Both the position numbers and the translations under genes were made by a program. The notes below the pieces were generated by a model. That model did not search any database. It was not told the DNA's origin and was given only the letters and a program-made list of their open reading frames with translations. This document shows positions 26,285-38,845 of a stretch of 64,000 nucleotides of DNA, piece by piece (within the stretch, counting starts at the first letter, position 1; every line of letters starts with the position of its first letter). Origin of the DNA: Heterodontus francisci (lineage: Eukaryota); the NCBI RefSeq assembly GCF_036365525.1, contig NC_090404.1:8370001-8434000 (forward strand), given 5' to 3'.

Positions 26285-27775
26285 CCCTTCACACAAGCAG
26301 CTTCCTCCTGGATCCATCTGTGTGTGTGTGTCAGCTCCGAAGGAGCAGCCTCCTGGGTCCATCTCAGTGTCTGTGTCAGCCAACAAGGGGCTGTCTCCTG
26401 GGTCCATCTCAGTGTATGTGACAGCTCACAAGGGTCAGCCTTCTGGGTCCATCTCAGTGTGTGTGTCAGCTCACAAGGGGCAGCCTCATGGGCCCATCTC
26501 TGTGTATGTGTCAGCTCACAAGGGGCAGCCTCCTGGGTCCATCACTGTGTATATGTGTCAGCTCACAAGGGGCAGCCTCCTGGGTCCATCTCAGTGTATG
26601 TGTCAGCTCACAAGGGGCTGCCTCCTGGGTCCATCTGTGTGTGTGTGTCAGCTCACAAGAGGCAGCCTCCTGGGTCCATCTCTGTGTGTGTGCCAGCTCA
26701 CAAGGGGCAGCCTCCTGGGTCCATCTCTGTGTGCATTTGTCAGCTCACAAGATGCTGCCTCCTGGGTCCATCTCAGTGTATGTGTCAGCTCACAAGGGGC
26801 TGCCTCCTGGGTCCATCTCTGTGTGTGTGTCAGCTCACAAGGGGCAGCCACCTGGGTCCATCTCTGTGTGTGTGTCAGCTCACAAGGGGCATCCTTCTGG
26901 GTCCATCTCTGTGTGTGTGTCAGCTCACAAGAGGCAGCCTCCTGGGTCCATCTATGTGTGTATGTGTCAGCTCACACAAGGGGCAGCCTCCTGGGTCCAT
27001 CTCTGTGTGTATGTGTCAGCTCCCAAGGGGCAGCCTCCTGGGTCCATCTCAGTGTGTATTTGTCAGCTCACAAGGGAAGCCTCCTAGGTCCATCTCTGTG
27101 TGTATGTCAGCTCATAAGGGGCTGCCTCCTGTGTCGATCTCTGTGTATGCGTCAGCTCACAAGGGGCAGCCTCCTGGGTCCATCTCTGTGTGTGTGCCAG
27201 CTCACAAGCGGCAGCCTCCTGGGTCCATCTCAGTGTGTATGTGTCAGCTCACAAGGGGCTGCCTGCTGGGTCCATCTCTGTGTGTGTGCCAGCTCACAAG
27301 GGGCAGCCTACTGGGTCCATCTCTGTGTGTATTTGTCAGCTCGCAAGAGGCTGCCTCCTGGGTCCATCTCATCGTATGTGTCAGCTCACACAAGGCTGGC
27401 TCCTTGGTCCATCTCTGTGTGTGTGCCAGCTCACAAGGGGCAGCCTCCTGGGTCCATCTCTGTGTGTATTTGTCAGCTCACAAGATGCTGCCTCCTGGGT
27501 CCATCTCAGTGTATGCGTCAGCTCACAAGGGGCAGCCTCCTGGGTCCATCTCAGTGTATGTGTCAGCTCACACAAGAGGCTACCACCTGGGTCCATCTCA
27601 GTGTATGTGTCAGCTCACACAAGGGGCAGCCTCCTGGGTCCATCTATGTGTGTATGTGTCAGCTCCCAAGGGGGAGCCTCCTGGGTCCATCTCAGTGTGT
27701 ATCTGTCAGCTCACAAGAGGCTGCCTCCTGGGTCCATCTCAGTGTATGTGTCAGCTCACACAAGGCTGGCTCCTG
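26285..27775. repeat. ~45-49-bp minisatellite, ~30 copies
   Basis: Unit GTCAGCTCACAAGGGGCAGCCTCCTGGGTCCATCTCTGTGTGTGT. Confidence 0.97.
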
Positions 27776-28720
27776 GTGAGGACGAGGTCAAGTATGTTTT
27801 TCCCTCTTGTTGGTTCCCTCACCACCTGCCGCAGACCCAGTCTAGCAGCTATGCCCTTTAGGACACGGCCAGCTCGGCCAGTGGTACTATCTAGCCAGTC
27901 GTGTTGATGGACATTGAAGTGCCCAACCCAGAGTGCATTTTGTGCCCTTGCTACTGTCACTGTTTCTTCCAATTGGTGATCAACATGGATAAGTCCTGAT
28001 TCATCAGCTGAGGGAGGGCGGTAGGTAGTAATCTGTTGGAGGTTTCCTTGCCCAAGTTTGATCTGACGAAATGAGACCTCGTGGGGTCCGGAGGCAATGT
28101 TGAGTACTCGCAGGGCAACTCCCTCCTCACTGCATACCACTGTGCCACCACCTCTGGCAGGACATATCCGGGGATGGTGATGGCAGTGTCTGGGACATTG
28201 TCTGTAAGGTATGATTCCATGAGTATCACGACGTCAGGCTGTTGCTTGACTATTCTGTGGGACATCTCTCCCAATTTTGGCACAAACCCCCAGATGTTAG
28301 CAAGGAGGACTTTACAGGGTCCACACGGCTGGGTTTGCCATTATCTTTTCACGATGGTCCATCCGGTTTCGTTCCTTTTCGTAGACGTTTTAGCAGGTTG
28401 ATGAAACTGAGTGGCTTGATAGTCCATTTCAGAGGATATTTCAGAGTCAACCACTTTGCTGTGGGCCTGGAGTCACATGTGGGCCAGACCAGGTAAGGAC
28501 GGCACATTAGTGAACCAGAAGGATTTTTTCAACAATCGGCAATGGTTTCATGGTCACCACCAGACGAACTTTTTAATTCCAGATTGATTTATTCAATTCA
28601 AGATTTATTAGTTGAATTCAAATTCCCCATCTGCCGTGGTTGGATTCCAACTAATATCCCTCGAGCGTTAGCCTGGGGCTCTGGGTTACTAGTCTAGTGA
28701 CATTACTAGTAAGTCATCGC
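27775..28720 (-). mobile_element. Endonuclease/5' part of a LINE, probably the same family; duplicate at ~61737-62690
   Basis: PDVVILMESYL, TYRPPS, VGHFNVH, PTRGKNILDLVLT (APE motifs). Confidence 0.85.
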
Positions 28721-29029
28721 CCCCCACCACCCCCCCCCCCACCCCCACCACAACCCCTCCCCCAATCCCCCCTCCCTCCGCCTTCCACCCCAAGCCTTAT
28801 TGAAGCAAAACGGCTGGTTTGAAAAAATCAGCTAATTCAGTTTCCATCAAAATGACCGCTTGATCTTAATTGAGAAAAGACAAAGTTTGCCGCAGGAGAG
28901 AATAATTGGTTGAAAAGGCCCGTTCTGTCAGACTGCACTGCAAAACTTTACCTCATGGGGTAAAATTCGAAAATAATTGAGAATATATTAATGAAGATTG
29001 CATGTACTTCCTGTCGCCCTGCTCTCTAT

Positions 29030-29242
29030 CACTGTGTGTCTGTAATCCTCACCATGTTCAGGTTTTTGTACAGTTTAGTTTAGTTTAGTTTAGAGATACA
29101 GGTCTCTCCGTGTTCTGTGTCTCTCATCCGCACCATGTTCAGGTTTTTGTACAGCTCTCTCCCTGCTCTGTATCACTGTGGTCTGTAATCCCCACCATGT
29201 TCAGGTTTTTGTACAGCTCTCTCCGAGATCTGTATCACTGTG
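29030..29242 (-). repeat. Tandem array of 23-RSS units behind supporting V copy 1
   Basis: Consensus RSSs at 29242-29204 and 29180-29142; third unit keeps its nonamer (29069-29061) but is disrupted; fourth heptamer at 29036-29030. Confidence 0.92.
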
Positions 29243-29548
29243 CCCCACGCCGACTCAATTCACAGTAATACACAGCGGAGTCGCTCAGTTGCAGTTTGGA
29301 GATTTTTAACCGGCTGATTTTCTCGGTAGGATCGATTGATGCAGAAATTCGTCCCCCGGCTGCGTTTTCATTATTCTGCTCTCCTGAAGTGTGTATCTGA
29401 AGCAGGTATTTCGGAGCCTGCCCTGGGGACTGACGGTACCAGTGTACTGTGTACTGACAGAACCCTGAATATTCGTAGCTTAAAGTAACAGTGTCACCGG
29501 CAGCAGCGGTTTGCAGAGGCGGACTCCGGGACACCAGGGAACTGGAAT
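29243..29548 (-). CDS. Leaderless supporting TCR Vdelta exon of NAR-TCR (copy 1; Cys23->Tyr)
   Basis: CTGCAG acceptor, phase matches the J donor; DSSSLVSRSPPLQTAAAGDTVTLSYEYSGFCQYTVHWYRQ...SDSAVYYCELSRRG with the CDR1 Cys typical of supporting Vs; no leader seen upstream; consensus RSS CACAGTG-23-ACAAAAACC (29242-29204). Confidence 0.9.
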
Positions 29549-31054
29549 CTGCAGGATAAAAATGCATATTATTAATTGTTTAGCCGGTATTTAGGCGGAG
29601 AAACTTGTCAATCGCAGGAATAGTTATTGTTTTCGCTGTAATTTGCGTAATTTGAAGCCTGTTCGAAATGTATTCACCGTTATTGAGATATGAACCAGTG
29701 CGGAGATGATTTGTATTTTATGTTACACAGCAAATTGTTCTGATCTGGAATGCACTGTCAGAATGGGTGGTAGAAGCAGATTGATATTAACATTCAAACG
29801 GTAATTGGATAAATGTTGGACCAGGAAAATGCACGGGTCATGGAGGAAAAGCAAGGGGGAGTGGGAACAATTGGACAGCACCTACAAAGACGCTGGGCCG
29901 AATGGCGTCCCTCCATGTTGTATGATTCAATGATTCTATTCAATTTATGTTTTTATTTTTCTTGGTGAAAAACAGACTGGAGGAACCATTTTAATATCAG
30001 TGAATCACTTTCCAAAAACTGTCAGTCCGAGAGTAACCCAGCTGTGTTATGTCAGTACGCACAGTAAGATCCAACAGAGAGTAATGAAATTCATCAGCAC
30101 AGATTGAGCGAAACTGACAGTGAACATCAAAGGTCATTCGTTTACAACAGTTCAACACTTCATTTGAGCTCGTGTTTGCCTTTCACTCTATTTGTCTACT
30201 TTCTTCCATCAAAAGGGCCCATTTGTCTCTATGTCCCTTTAATTTGAAAAAAAAAATGAAGTTAGTTTCATTTTATTTCTACATTTACTTTGTGCTGTTT
30301 GCGGTTTATGCCATCGTGGGAACTTGTCCCGAAGTCTCTCAGTTGTCAGTTGGGTTCAGTCTCTGCTGTTTCCTCAGTGGTTTTACTGTTACTCACTGGG
30401 AACCGGCTCTTCCGGATCACTGACAATTTCAATTTCAATTCCTTCACCCCTGATTCACTTTTCACTCCTGTCTTCTCCAAGCGGAGTTTTCTCTGAATTT
30501 TATATTATGCAGAATCTGCAGAGCAGGAATAGACCATTCGGCCGAACCGTTCTATACCAGTGCTTATACTCCACACAAGCCTCCCCGCGCCTGGACTCTA
30601 ATTAACCATTTCCACCCTGAACCCTCTGTCCCTCTATTCAATTCTTCCTCCTTTTTTTTTCAAGTCGTCCCATAAATGCATCAATCCGATCTACTCCAAA
30701 CACTCCATGTGGCAGCGAGATCCACATTCTGCCCTGTCTCTGGGTAAATGTATTCTGCTTAATTAATTTATTCCGTCAGTGACATCATATATGAATCTCT
30801 CCTTGTTCTGGATTCACCCACAAAAAATAGTTTCTCCATATCCAGCAGTCCATAATTTAAAAACGTCCATGAAGTCTCATTATTTTTCTCTGTTTTCCAG
30901 AGGAAAGAACCCCATCCTGTACAAATTTTCCAGATGGTTGTTGATGTTTTTTTCAGGATTTCTCAGTTTTTCAGGAGGAATATACGTTCCTCTAAGATAC
31001 AAAAACCCAACAGGGAAGATGAATTAACCATAACTAACAAAACAAGTTAAAGAT

Positions 31055-33047
31055 TACATTAGATCAAAGGAGGTGGTTTATAGGATTGCCAAAAAAGTGT
31101 TAAACCCGAGGATTGGGAGCAATTTAGAATCCAGCAAAAGATGAGCAAGAAACTGATAAAGAAAGGGAAAAGAGAATGTGAATGCAAGTTAGTGAGAAAC
31201 ATAAGTGCAGACCGTAAAAGCCTCTCTCGGTATGTGAAAAGAAAAAGATCAGTAAGGACAAAACTGGGTCCATTACAAGCGGAGACAGGAGAATTTATAA
31301 TGGAGAATAGGGAAATAGCAGAGAAACCAAACAATTACTTTCTGTCTGTATTTACGGAGGAAGATACTGAAAATCCCCCAGAAACACTAGGGAAGCAAAG
31401 GACTTGAGAAAATGAGGAACTTAAATGCCGCAGTATTAATAAAGAGGTAGCACTCGAAAAATAAACTGGATTGAAGGTTGATAAATTCCCTGGACCAGAT
31501 GATCTACATCCCAGAGTGTTGAAGGAGGAGACTACAGAGACTGTGGATGCATTGGTGATTATCTTTCAAAATTCTATAGATTCTGGAAAAGTTCCCGCAG
31601 ACTGGAAAGTAGCAAATGTAAACCCACTGTTTAAGAAAGGAGGGAGAGTGAAAACGGGGAACTATAGACCTGTTAGTTTGACGTCAGTAGTAGAAAAAAT
31701 GTTAGAATCTATTATAAAGGATGTGATAACTTGATATTTAGAAAATAACGTTATGATTGGGGAGAGTCAACATGGATTTATGAAAGGGAAATCATGTTTG
31801 ACAAACCGGTTGGAGTTTTTTTTAGGAGTTTACTTGTAGCATAGATAAATGAGAACCAGTGGATGTGTGCATTTGGATTTTTAGAAAGCTTTTGATAAGG
31901 TTCAACACAGGAGATTATTCAGCAAAATTAGAATATGGGATTGGGGTAATACGCAGGAATGGATTGAGAATTGGTTAACAGAGACAAAACAAAGGATAAG
32001 AATAAATGGGTCATTCTCAGGATGACAGGCTGTGACTAGAGGGGTACCGCAAGGATCTGGGCTGGGCCACACCGGTTCACAATATATATAAATGATTTGG
32101 ATCTGGAGACCACATATAATGTTTCCACATTTGTTGGTGACGCAAAAATATGTGGGAATGTAAGTTGTGAGGATGATGCGAGGAGGCTTCAAGGGATCTT
32201 CGATGAATGGGCAGGAACTTGGCCAATGGAATATAATGTGAATCAGTGTGAAGTTATCCACTTTGGTTAAAAAAACAGAAAGACAGAGTATTTGTTAAAT
32301 GGTTAGAGGTTGGGAAGTGTGTTGTCCAAAGGGACCTGGGTGTCCTTGTTCATGAGACACTTAAAGCTAGCATACAGGTGCAGCAAGCAATTAGGAAGGC
32401 ACATGGTATGTTGGCCTTCATCGCAAGGGGTTTTGAGTACAGGAGTAAAGGCGTCTTGCTGCAATTGTACACTTGAGAGCGTACCTGGAGTATTGTGTAC
32501 AGTTTTGGTCTCATCTAAGAAAGGATAGACATTCCGTATAGGGAATGCAACGGAGGTTCGCCAGACTAAACCCTGGGATGGCGGGATTATCCTATGAGGA
32601 GAGATTGAGAAAAGTGGGCATGTATTCTCTAGAGTTTCGAGGAATGAGAGGTGATCTCACTGAAAATTACAAAATTCTTACAGAGCGTAACAGGATGGAT
32701 GGAGATAGGATGTTTCCCCTGGCTGGTGTGTCTAGAACTAGGGGACTTAGTCTTAGAATAAGGGGTAGGTCATTTAAGACTGAGATGAGGAGGAATTTCT
32801 TCACAAGGAGGGTAGTGTATCTTTGGAATTCTCTACCCCATAGAGCTGTGGAAGGTCAATCATTGAGCATGATCAAGACATAAATCGATTGATTTCTGGA
32901 TAATAATGACATCAATGGATATGGGGATAGCACGGGAAAGTGGCGTTGAGGTAAATGATCAGCTATGATGTAGTGGAATGGCAGTGCAGGCTCGATGGGC
33001 TGAATGGCCTACTCCTGTTCCATATTCCTATGTTCCTGTATTCCTAT
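31055..33047 (+). mobile_element. CR1, decayed; mirrored at ~53740-57040 (-)
   Basis: KFPGPDDLHPRVLKE, GNYRPVSLTS, (TTCCTATG)n tail. Confidence 0.88.
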
Positions 33048-34632
33048 GAATGTAAGAAATCGAAGCTGATAATGTAGGAACATCAGCAATAGGAGCAGGA
33101 GTAGGCCATTCCACCTTTCAGGTCTGCTCCGCCATTCAATAAGATCAAGGTTGATCATCTACTCCATCTTCCCGCACTATCCCTAGGTCCTTTAATTCCT
33201 TTAGTATCCACAAATCTATCGAACACTGCCTGGAATATACTCAGCCACTGGGCATCCACAGCTCCCTAAGGTATAGAATTCCACAGAGTCATAACAAAGG
33301 GTTGACTGAAGAAATTTCTCTTCTTCTCAGTTCTAAATGACCAACCCCTTATTTCTGACTCTAACCCCAAGCTGTAGATTGAGGAAACACGGCCCCAGCA
33401 CCTACCCTGTCAAGGCCCTTCGGAAATTTATATGTTTAACGAGGTCATCTCTTATTCTTCGAAACACTACGGAATATGTGCATAGTCTTGTCAAACTTTC
33501 CTCATAGGACTATCCTCTTATCCCAGGAATCAGTCTAGTGGACCTTTGTTTCACTCCCTCCAAAGCAAATAGATCCTTCCTTAAATAAGGTGATTAAACT
33601 GCACACCGCAGTACCCTGGAGAACACCAGAGTTCATCACTGCCCTTCCCTCCATAAACTTCACCCTTCACCCTGGTGTCAGATTGTACTTCGAACGGCTC
33701 AGAGTTCGTTTAATATTTCTATCCATTTTGGTGAATTATTTTTTGCTGGTTCTCAATAGATTGTCCTCCAGTCTAGTTATTCCCTGGAGTGTTTCTGATC
33801 TCCTTTCTAAGAACATTAGCACCTCATCCTCACTCCCTCAGTGTTCAGTATTGTTCCAATTAACAGTTAGCAGGGATACAGTTAAATTACTCCAATCCAA
33901 TCTCTCAAACATCAATATTCAATATAGAGAAGTATCTGGAACTGCAAACATTCGCATTCAGTCTGAGGGCGGAAAAGGAGGGAAATGATTGGATGAAGGC
34001 AATTGACGTAAACTTCATCCACAAAAAAACAAATTTCAGTCACTGAATCCCAATAATAAAATGCCATCTGGATCTACAACAGGATCTCTTGTACCTGAAG
34101 CCTGTTTTGTCATGTTGCCGTTTTACTGCTGCTGCAGATATCGGGCCGGCTGCTGTCGTGTAGTGTTCACTCTCCCTCTATTCACATTGCCCGGCTCGGA
34201 CGACAACCTCCTCCCCGGGAGAGTTCTATGACCCCGCTCATGTGCTCACAGTGACAGTCACATGTAACACCGAGAGCGGGGTCGGAGTGTCGACAAACTG
34301 AGTTCATTTAGGAGTGAGGGAAAGAGAGTAAATCCGGAATGTTGATGGGATGCTCGGACATGCCCGTTAAACCAGTGCTGATCCAGATGGAGTCACTCCT
34401 ATCCGGGCCAGACTGCCTGCTCTGTGGGGGTGTCACATCTACTCACTCCGGAATCACACCTAGACCCGACTCCGGTTCATATTCTGTTCCCCAATTTAAA
34501 ACTGCAATGGAAAAGCTCTATTGGAAACCTCTGTGTTTTAGTTTGAAGGGGATTGAAGTGTTACTGAAAACAATGATAAAGTGACGATGAGCATTTTACA
34601 GAGATGGCCAGTATGGGTTTGGAGTCACTTAC

Positions 34633-34695
34633 CGGCTGTGACAGTCACCACCGTCCCGGATCCATCCGCAGAATCATGCTTCCACTTACGATATC
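34633..34695 (-). CDS. NAR-TCR J segment with 23-RSS
   Basis: ACTTCTTGT-23-CACTGTG (34734-34696), then YRKWKHDSADGSGTVVTVTA and a phase-1 GTAAGT donor. Confidence 0.9.
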
Positions 34696-35100
34696 CACAG
34701 TGACACCGCTCCCAGTCACCCTGGTACAAGAAGTACCGACACTTCAATCTACCAGCCGCACATCACCAGATAGTTGGCGATGCTCAATTATTCCAGGGGT
34801 TTTAAATCATTTCACAATATTCCCTTGTTTCACAATCCATATCTGTTCAAACTGTTCTTTTTGAGACTCTGAGCTCTTAGTGAAATGGCCCAGGAACAGG
34901 GGCCGGATTTGGGTGCTTGATATAAAAGGAGAATAATGTCAATGAATAATGTCAAAGAAAGCGAACTGAAAGGAGGAAATTACAGTGAAATTAAACCAGA
35001 TTACATCGATAATAATATCAATCCTACAATTCAGGATCTGGACCTGGAGTATTTATATTTGGATTTTACAGAGGTATTTGCTCAGATCTCAAACACTGTG

Positions 35101-35114
35101 AAGATCCCAGAAAA
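35101..35114 (-). other. NAR-TCR D segment flanked by 12/12 RSS
   Basis: GGATTTCGT-12-CATTGTG [TTTTCTGGGATCTT] CACAGTG-12-GCAAATACC on - strand (RSSs span 35073-35142). Confidence 0.92.
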
Positions 35115-35506
35115 CACAATGTCTCAAGTCAGCACGAAATCCCCCGGTACCGGGTGAGATGTGGGGACATTAGTTGAACAGCGGGGACTGCGGTTCCCGG
35201 TTCCAGCTGATAGATCAGGATCCCATCTGGTGTTAGGAATTTGGAAGTGGGATCAGTCATTCCCAATCTCCATTCACTGACACCAATCCCGGGAAAAGAC
35301 ATCACCATCCGCACACACTGGGCATTAAGAAAACTCAAGATGTTAATGGAAACAATCCAATAACATTATAAACTAGACTGTGGAGCAGACGGTGCGAGGG
35401 GGAACTGTGGGGTTGAACGGAAGATTAACTCCGTTTTTTGATTTGTTTCTGTGATAATCTGCAGTGAGAGTTTTTGCACCGCGGGAAGCCGAGGCCCATC
35501 ACTGTG

Positions 35507-35971
35507 TGTCCTTGTAACGGTACTCAGCTTTACAGTAATAGGTGGCGGTGTCTTCAACTCTCACATCCCGAATTTCCAGCGAAAATGTCTTTTCTGCCTT
35601 ATTCACCGACACAACAAATCGCCCTCCGCCAGAGATCCGCTCCCGCTTTGTCCCGGTCTGGGTTTGTCTGAAGAAATATCCATTTTGGAATTCATATTCC
35701 CAAAACCCACCTTCATAGTAAACACAGGTGATGGTGAGAGACTGACACTCCTTCCTGGTCACCGCTGCCGGGGTCTGTGTCACTGACTGACTGAAAGAGT
35801 CTGGAAATTAAACAGATAGAGTTTAATGGGTCATCAGAGCCGAACCACACAACGGGGCTAAAATCCGAGACAATGTCTGTAATTCGGATGGACTCCACAC
35901 AATGTCGGTTTGTTTGATCGGTACTCACGGGGTAAACAGACACACAGGGTGAAAACAAGGAGGATTCCCAT
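35507..35971 (-). CDS. NAR-TCR V gene segment (IgNAR-like V), intact; leader 35971-35929, V exon 35800-35507
   Basis: Leader MGILLVFTLCVCLP + GTGAGT donor; TTTCCAG acceptor; open exon SFSQSVTQTPAAVTRKECQSLTITCVYYEGGFWEYEFQNGYFFRQTQTGTKRERISGGGRFVVSVNKAEKTFSLEIRDVRVEDTATYYCKAEYRYKD. It has the NAR-type short FR2/CDR2 (RERISGGGRFV), YYCKA and an extra FR1 Cys. RSS: CACAGTG (35506-35500), 22 bp, GCAAAAACT (35477-35469). Confidence 0.93.
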
Positions 35972-38348
35972 CGTTCTGCTGCCTGGAGCTGATGGTTTAT
36001 ATGACGGGGAGCTGGAGACTGCAGCCCCGGACTGGTCTGGGAGACTGGACCTCAGAGCTGGACTGAAATACTTCAGAGGCATCGAGTTGATTTGCAGAGG
36101 ACTGTGTCCCGGAGATATTTGATGGCCGCACGGTTCCCGGGTCTCTGTCTGTGTGTTGTGTGAATAAGCGACAGGTTTAAAGAGGGAAGCTGCAGTTCTC
36201 TGTCGCTTCATTGGGTCTGTGAGCGCGATGTGAAATCCCCTCCCACATTAGTCTGATGTACAGAGGGTGGGGCTGGGGGAGTTGTTCTGTCAGTAGAGGC
36301 TGCAGCCTTCCTTTCCCCCACAGTAATGAGCTGGCAGGACACCGGGAGAAACCCCCTCCCCACTCTTATTCCAATAGTGCCGGGGATTCTTTAACATCTC
36401 CCTGAACGGGCTGACGGGACCTCGGTTACACGTCTGATCTGCAGGACGGAGACTCAGACCCGGCAGCTTCCCTCAGTCCAGCAACTGAGGGTCAGGTTAC
36501 AATATGAGACAGTCCAGTGACATTGTCAATATCGAGGCAGATATACACAATAGACACAAAGAATAATCTCTCCCTGTCATTTAAACACATGCTTCCTGCA
36601 GTCTCCCCTTCTGTGGTTTGTATTTAAAATGATGTCTCTATTCAGTAATGATTGATTTTCAGGTCTGTAATATTCAGAGTTTCCAGTTACAGTGACAGAG
36701 AATGAAGAGACATTCGGAAGGACAATGGACATCGGGGGAACTCTGTGCTTGGGACTTGTTTTAAAGATCACAGTCACTACCTTGTGCATTCCGTTTATTT
36801 TGTATAAACTGTCTCTGCCCCAGTCTGATCAAATAAACCTTGTGAACAGGCCGCGGTGAAAGGCTCCGGAAAACTGACGGGGAGACAGGGAAAGGGCTGC
36901 TCAGTGCAAAAGTGGTGTTGTGGAGCACAGCCCGGCTCACACATGGCCAATGGTTTCATGGATCTCGCAGCACCTCCAGATGAGGCTGCCGCAGGGTCCT
37001 AATGTCCCCCTGAATACTAAACACTCATCTGCTAGATCGGAACATCATCAAATACCACACACAAACTGTCTGCTTGACACATAATTTTTGCACGTCAAGT
37101 ATTTATCCAATTGCCTTTTACTTTTGAATGTAACTATTGAATCTACTTCCACTGCTCTGTCAAATATAATAACTCTTAGCATAAAATGGCTTTTCCTCAT
37201 GTCTACATCAACAAGTTGTATTTATAGAGCGGCTTTAACGTAACGAAGCATCCCACCTGCAGGTAGGGATAGAAATGTTGTTGAAATATGTTTCTTGCAG
37301 AGGCCAATATTGCGGAGTTCTTAAGGCACCGGCTGCACTAGCACTAACAGAGCAAGGAATATTAGTAATGTTAATAACACTCATGTTACTGCACAGCCCA
37401 ATTTAAAGAGTTCACGAATCCTTGGAAATAATCTTAAGCAGAAATGATGAATGATTGAAGTTATTTCAATCCCCACTTCATGGAGGTTTTCATGAACTTG
37501 GTGAGGGAGCAGAGGAGATTTAATAGACTGTGATCAGGGATGAGGGAATTGTGGAGAGCCTAGAGAAATCGCAGTTATTCTCTATATGTGAAATAAGATT
37601 AAGGAGATTTAATTGCGAGGTTCAAAATTATATTGGGATTTGATATAATCGATCACGTGTCAGTGTTTCCAATGGGAGGACGTTTGATATCCCAAGGACA
37701 CAGATTTCAGGGAATTCCCACAAAAGACAGGGGAGAGGAGATTTTTTTTTAAAGGGGGATTTTCCTGATTTGGAATGTACAGCCTGAAAGGGTGGAGGAG
37801 TCAGATTCAATAGTAATTTTCGGAGAACTGAATAAGTGCTTGAACGACACAAATGCAGGGCTGTGTGGAAAGAGCGTGGAGAATAAGACTAAGGCCATAG
37901 ATCTTTCAAAGAGCCGGCGCAGGTACGATGGGCCAGATGATATAATTCGGGGCTGTCTGATCCTATGTTTCTAGTCGCTTCATTTCTCCCGCAAGTTAGT
38001 TGTTCCCAGTCACCTAAACAGTGATCAGGAGCAGCCTGGCAACAGAATTCTGCCATCCAACTATCTCCCTTTCCGCTCCATCAACACCCTCACTGCGCAA
38101 TCTCTGCGGTTACACAGAATCTTGAGTTAACTCAAACTGGAGTTGGTGGCAGCACCGCCCACAGCTTTAGTTTGCTGCTCGCTCTCTCTCTCTCTTTCTC
38201 TCTGACCTGCCTTGCCTGCCCCGTTTTGGAGATTGCTGTCGCTGGTCCTTGTTTGGTATTAAATCGGCAGTGCAGTGTGGCGAGGATCTGTCTTCCTGCT
38301 CCGACAGAATATTTCCCAGAGTGCAGAGTTACAGACTCCAGGACCACC

Positions 38349-38845
38349 ATGTGGAACCGTCTCTCGCCGATTCTCATTATTATATCACTTCTCAGTAAGT
38401 ATTTCCTTCCCAGTAAAAACCCATTCTCCACAGAGCTGTTAATATGGGTGAAATGATAGTGATGCTGGTGTTGATGGTTAGATTGATCGATATGGTATTG
38501 ATGCACATTGTGACTGTTACTATTCTTTGTATGTTAGAATGGAGCCACAATGTAACAACCGGTTCTTGAAATGATGGTTGAAGGGGAAGGTAATATCACA
38601 CTAATGTGTACCATGAAAACAAGCATTTCTAACACTTTCTGTGCTCCGGTACAGTCTGCACCCCGGGCAGCCTCCACAGTACGTGTTTTATCACTAAGGA
38701 GGAATATTACACCTGAACCCCGACTTCACTGACAGATCCTCTTCTACCTTTAGTAAAACTGCCAAGATTACCCAGCTAAAGATCCACAACGCCCTGATCT
38801 CGGGCACCGCTGTGTATTTCTGTGCCATCGGGTGCCATGAGCCCC
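38349..38845 (+). pseudogene. TCR V pseudogene (42-kb V family)
   Basis: Leader MWNRLSPILIIISLL 38349-38394; frameshifted exon from 38538 ending ISGTAVYFCAI; RSS decayed. Confidence 0.85.

Noticed and set aside
26259-27907. 506- and 527-aa Cys-rich repetitive ORFs; CRISPR-like periodicity; CTCF-like TCACAAGGGGCAGC in each unit
   Set aside because: The ORFs are open in several frames and drift between frames, as expected of a stop-poor minisatellite. There are no unique spacers or cas genes, and the motif is one G short of the CTCF core.
34247-34300. CACAGTG 3' of the NAR J as a second J or RSS
   Set aside because: No nonamer at 12/23 spacing, no GxG motif; the heptamer is mutated in the other arm (~52596).
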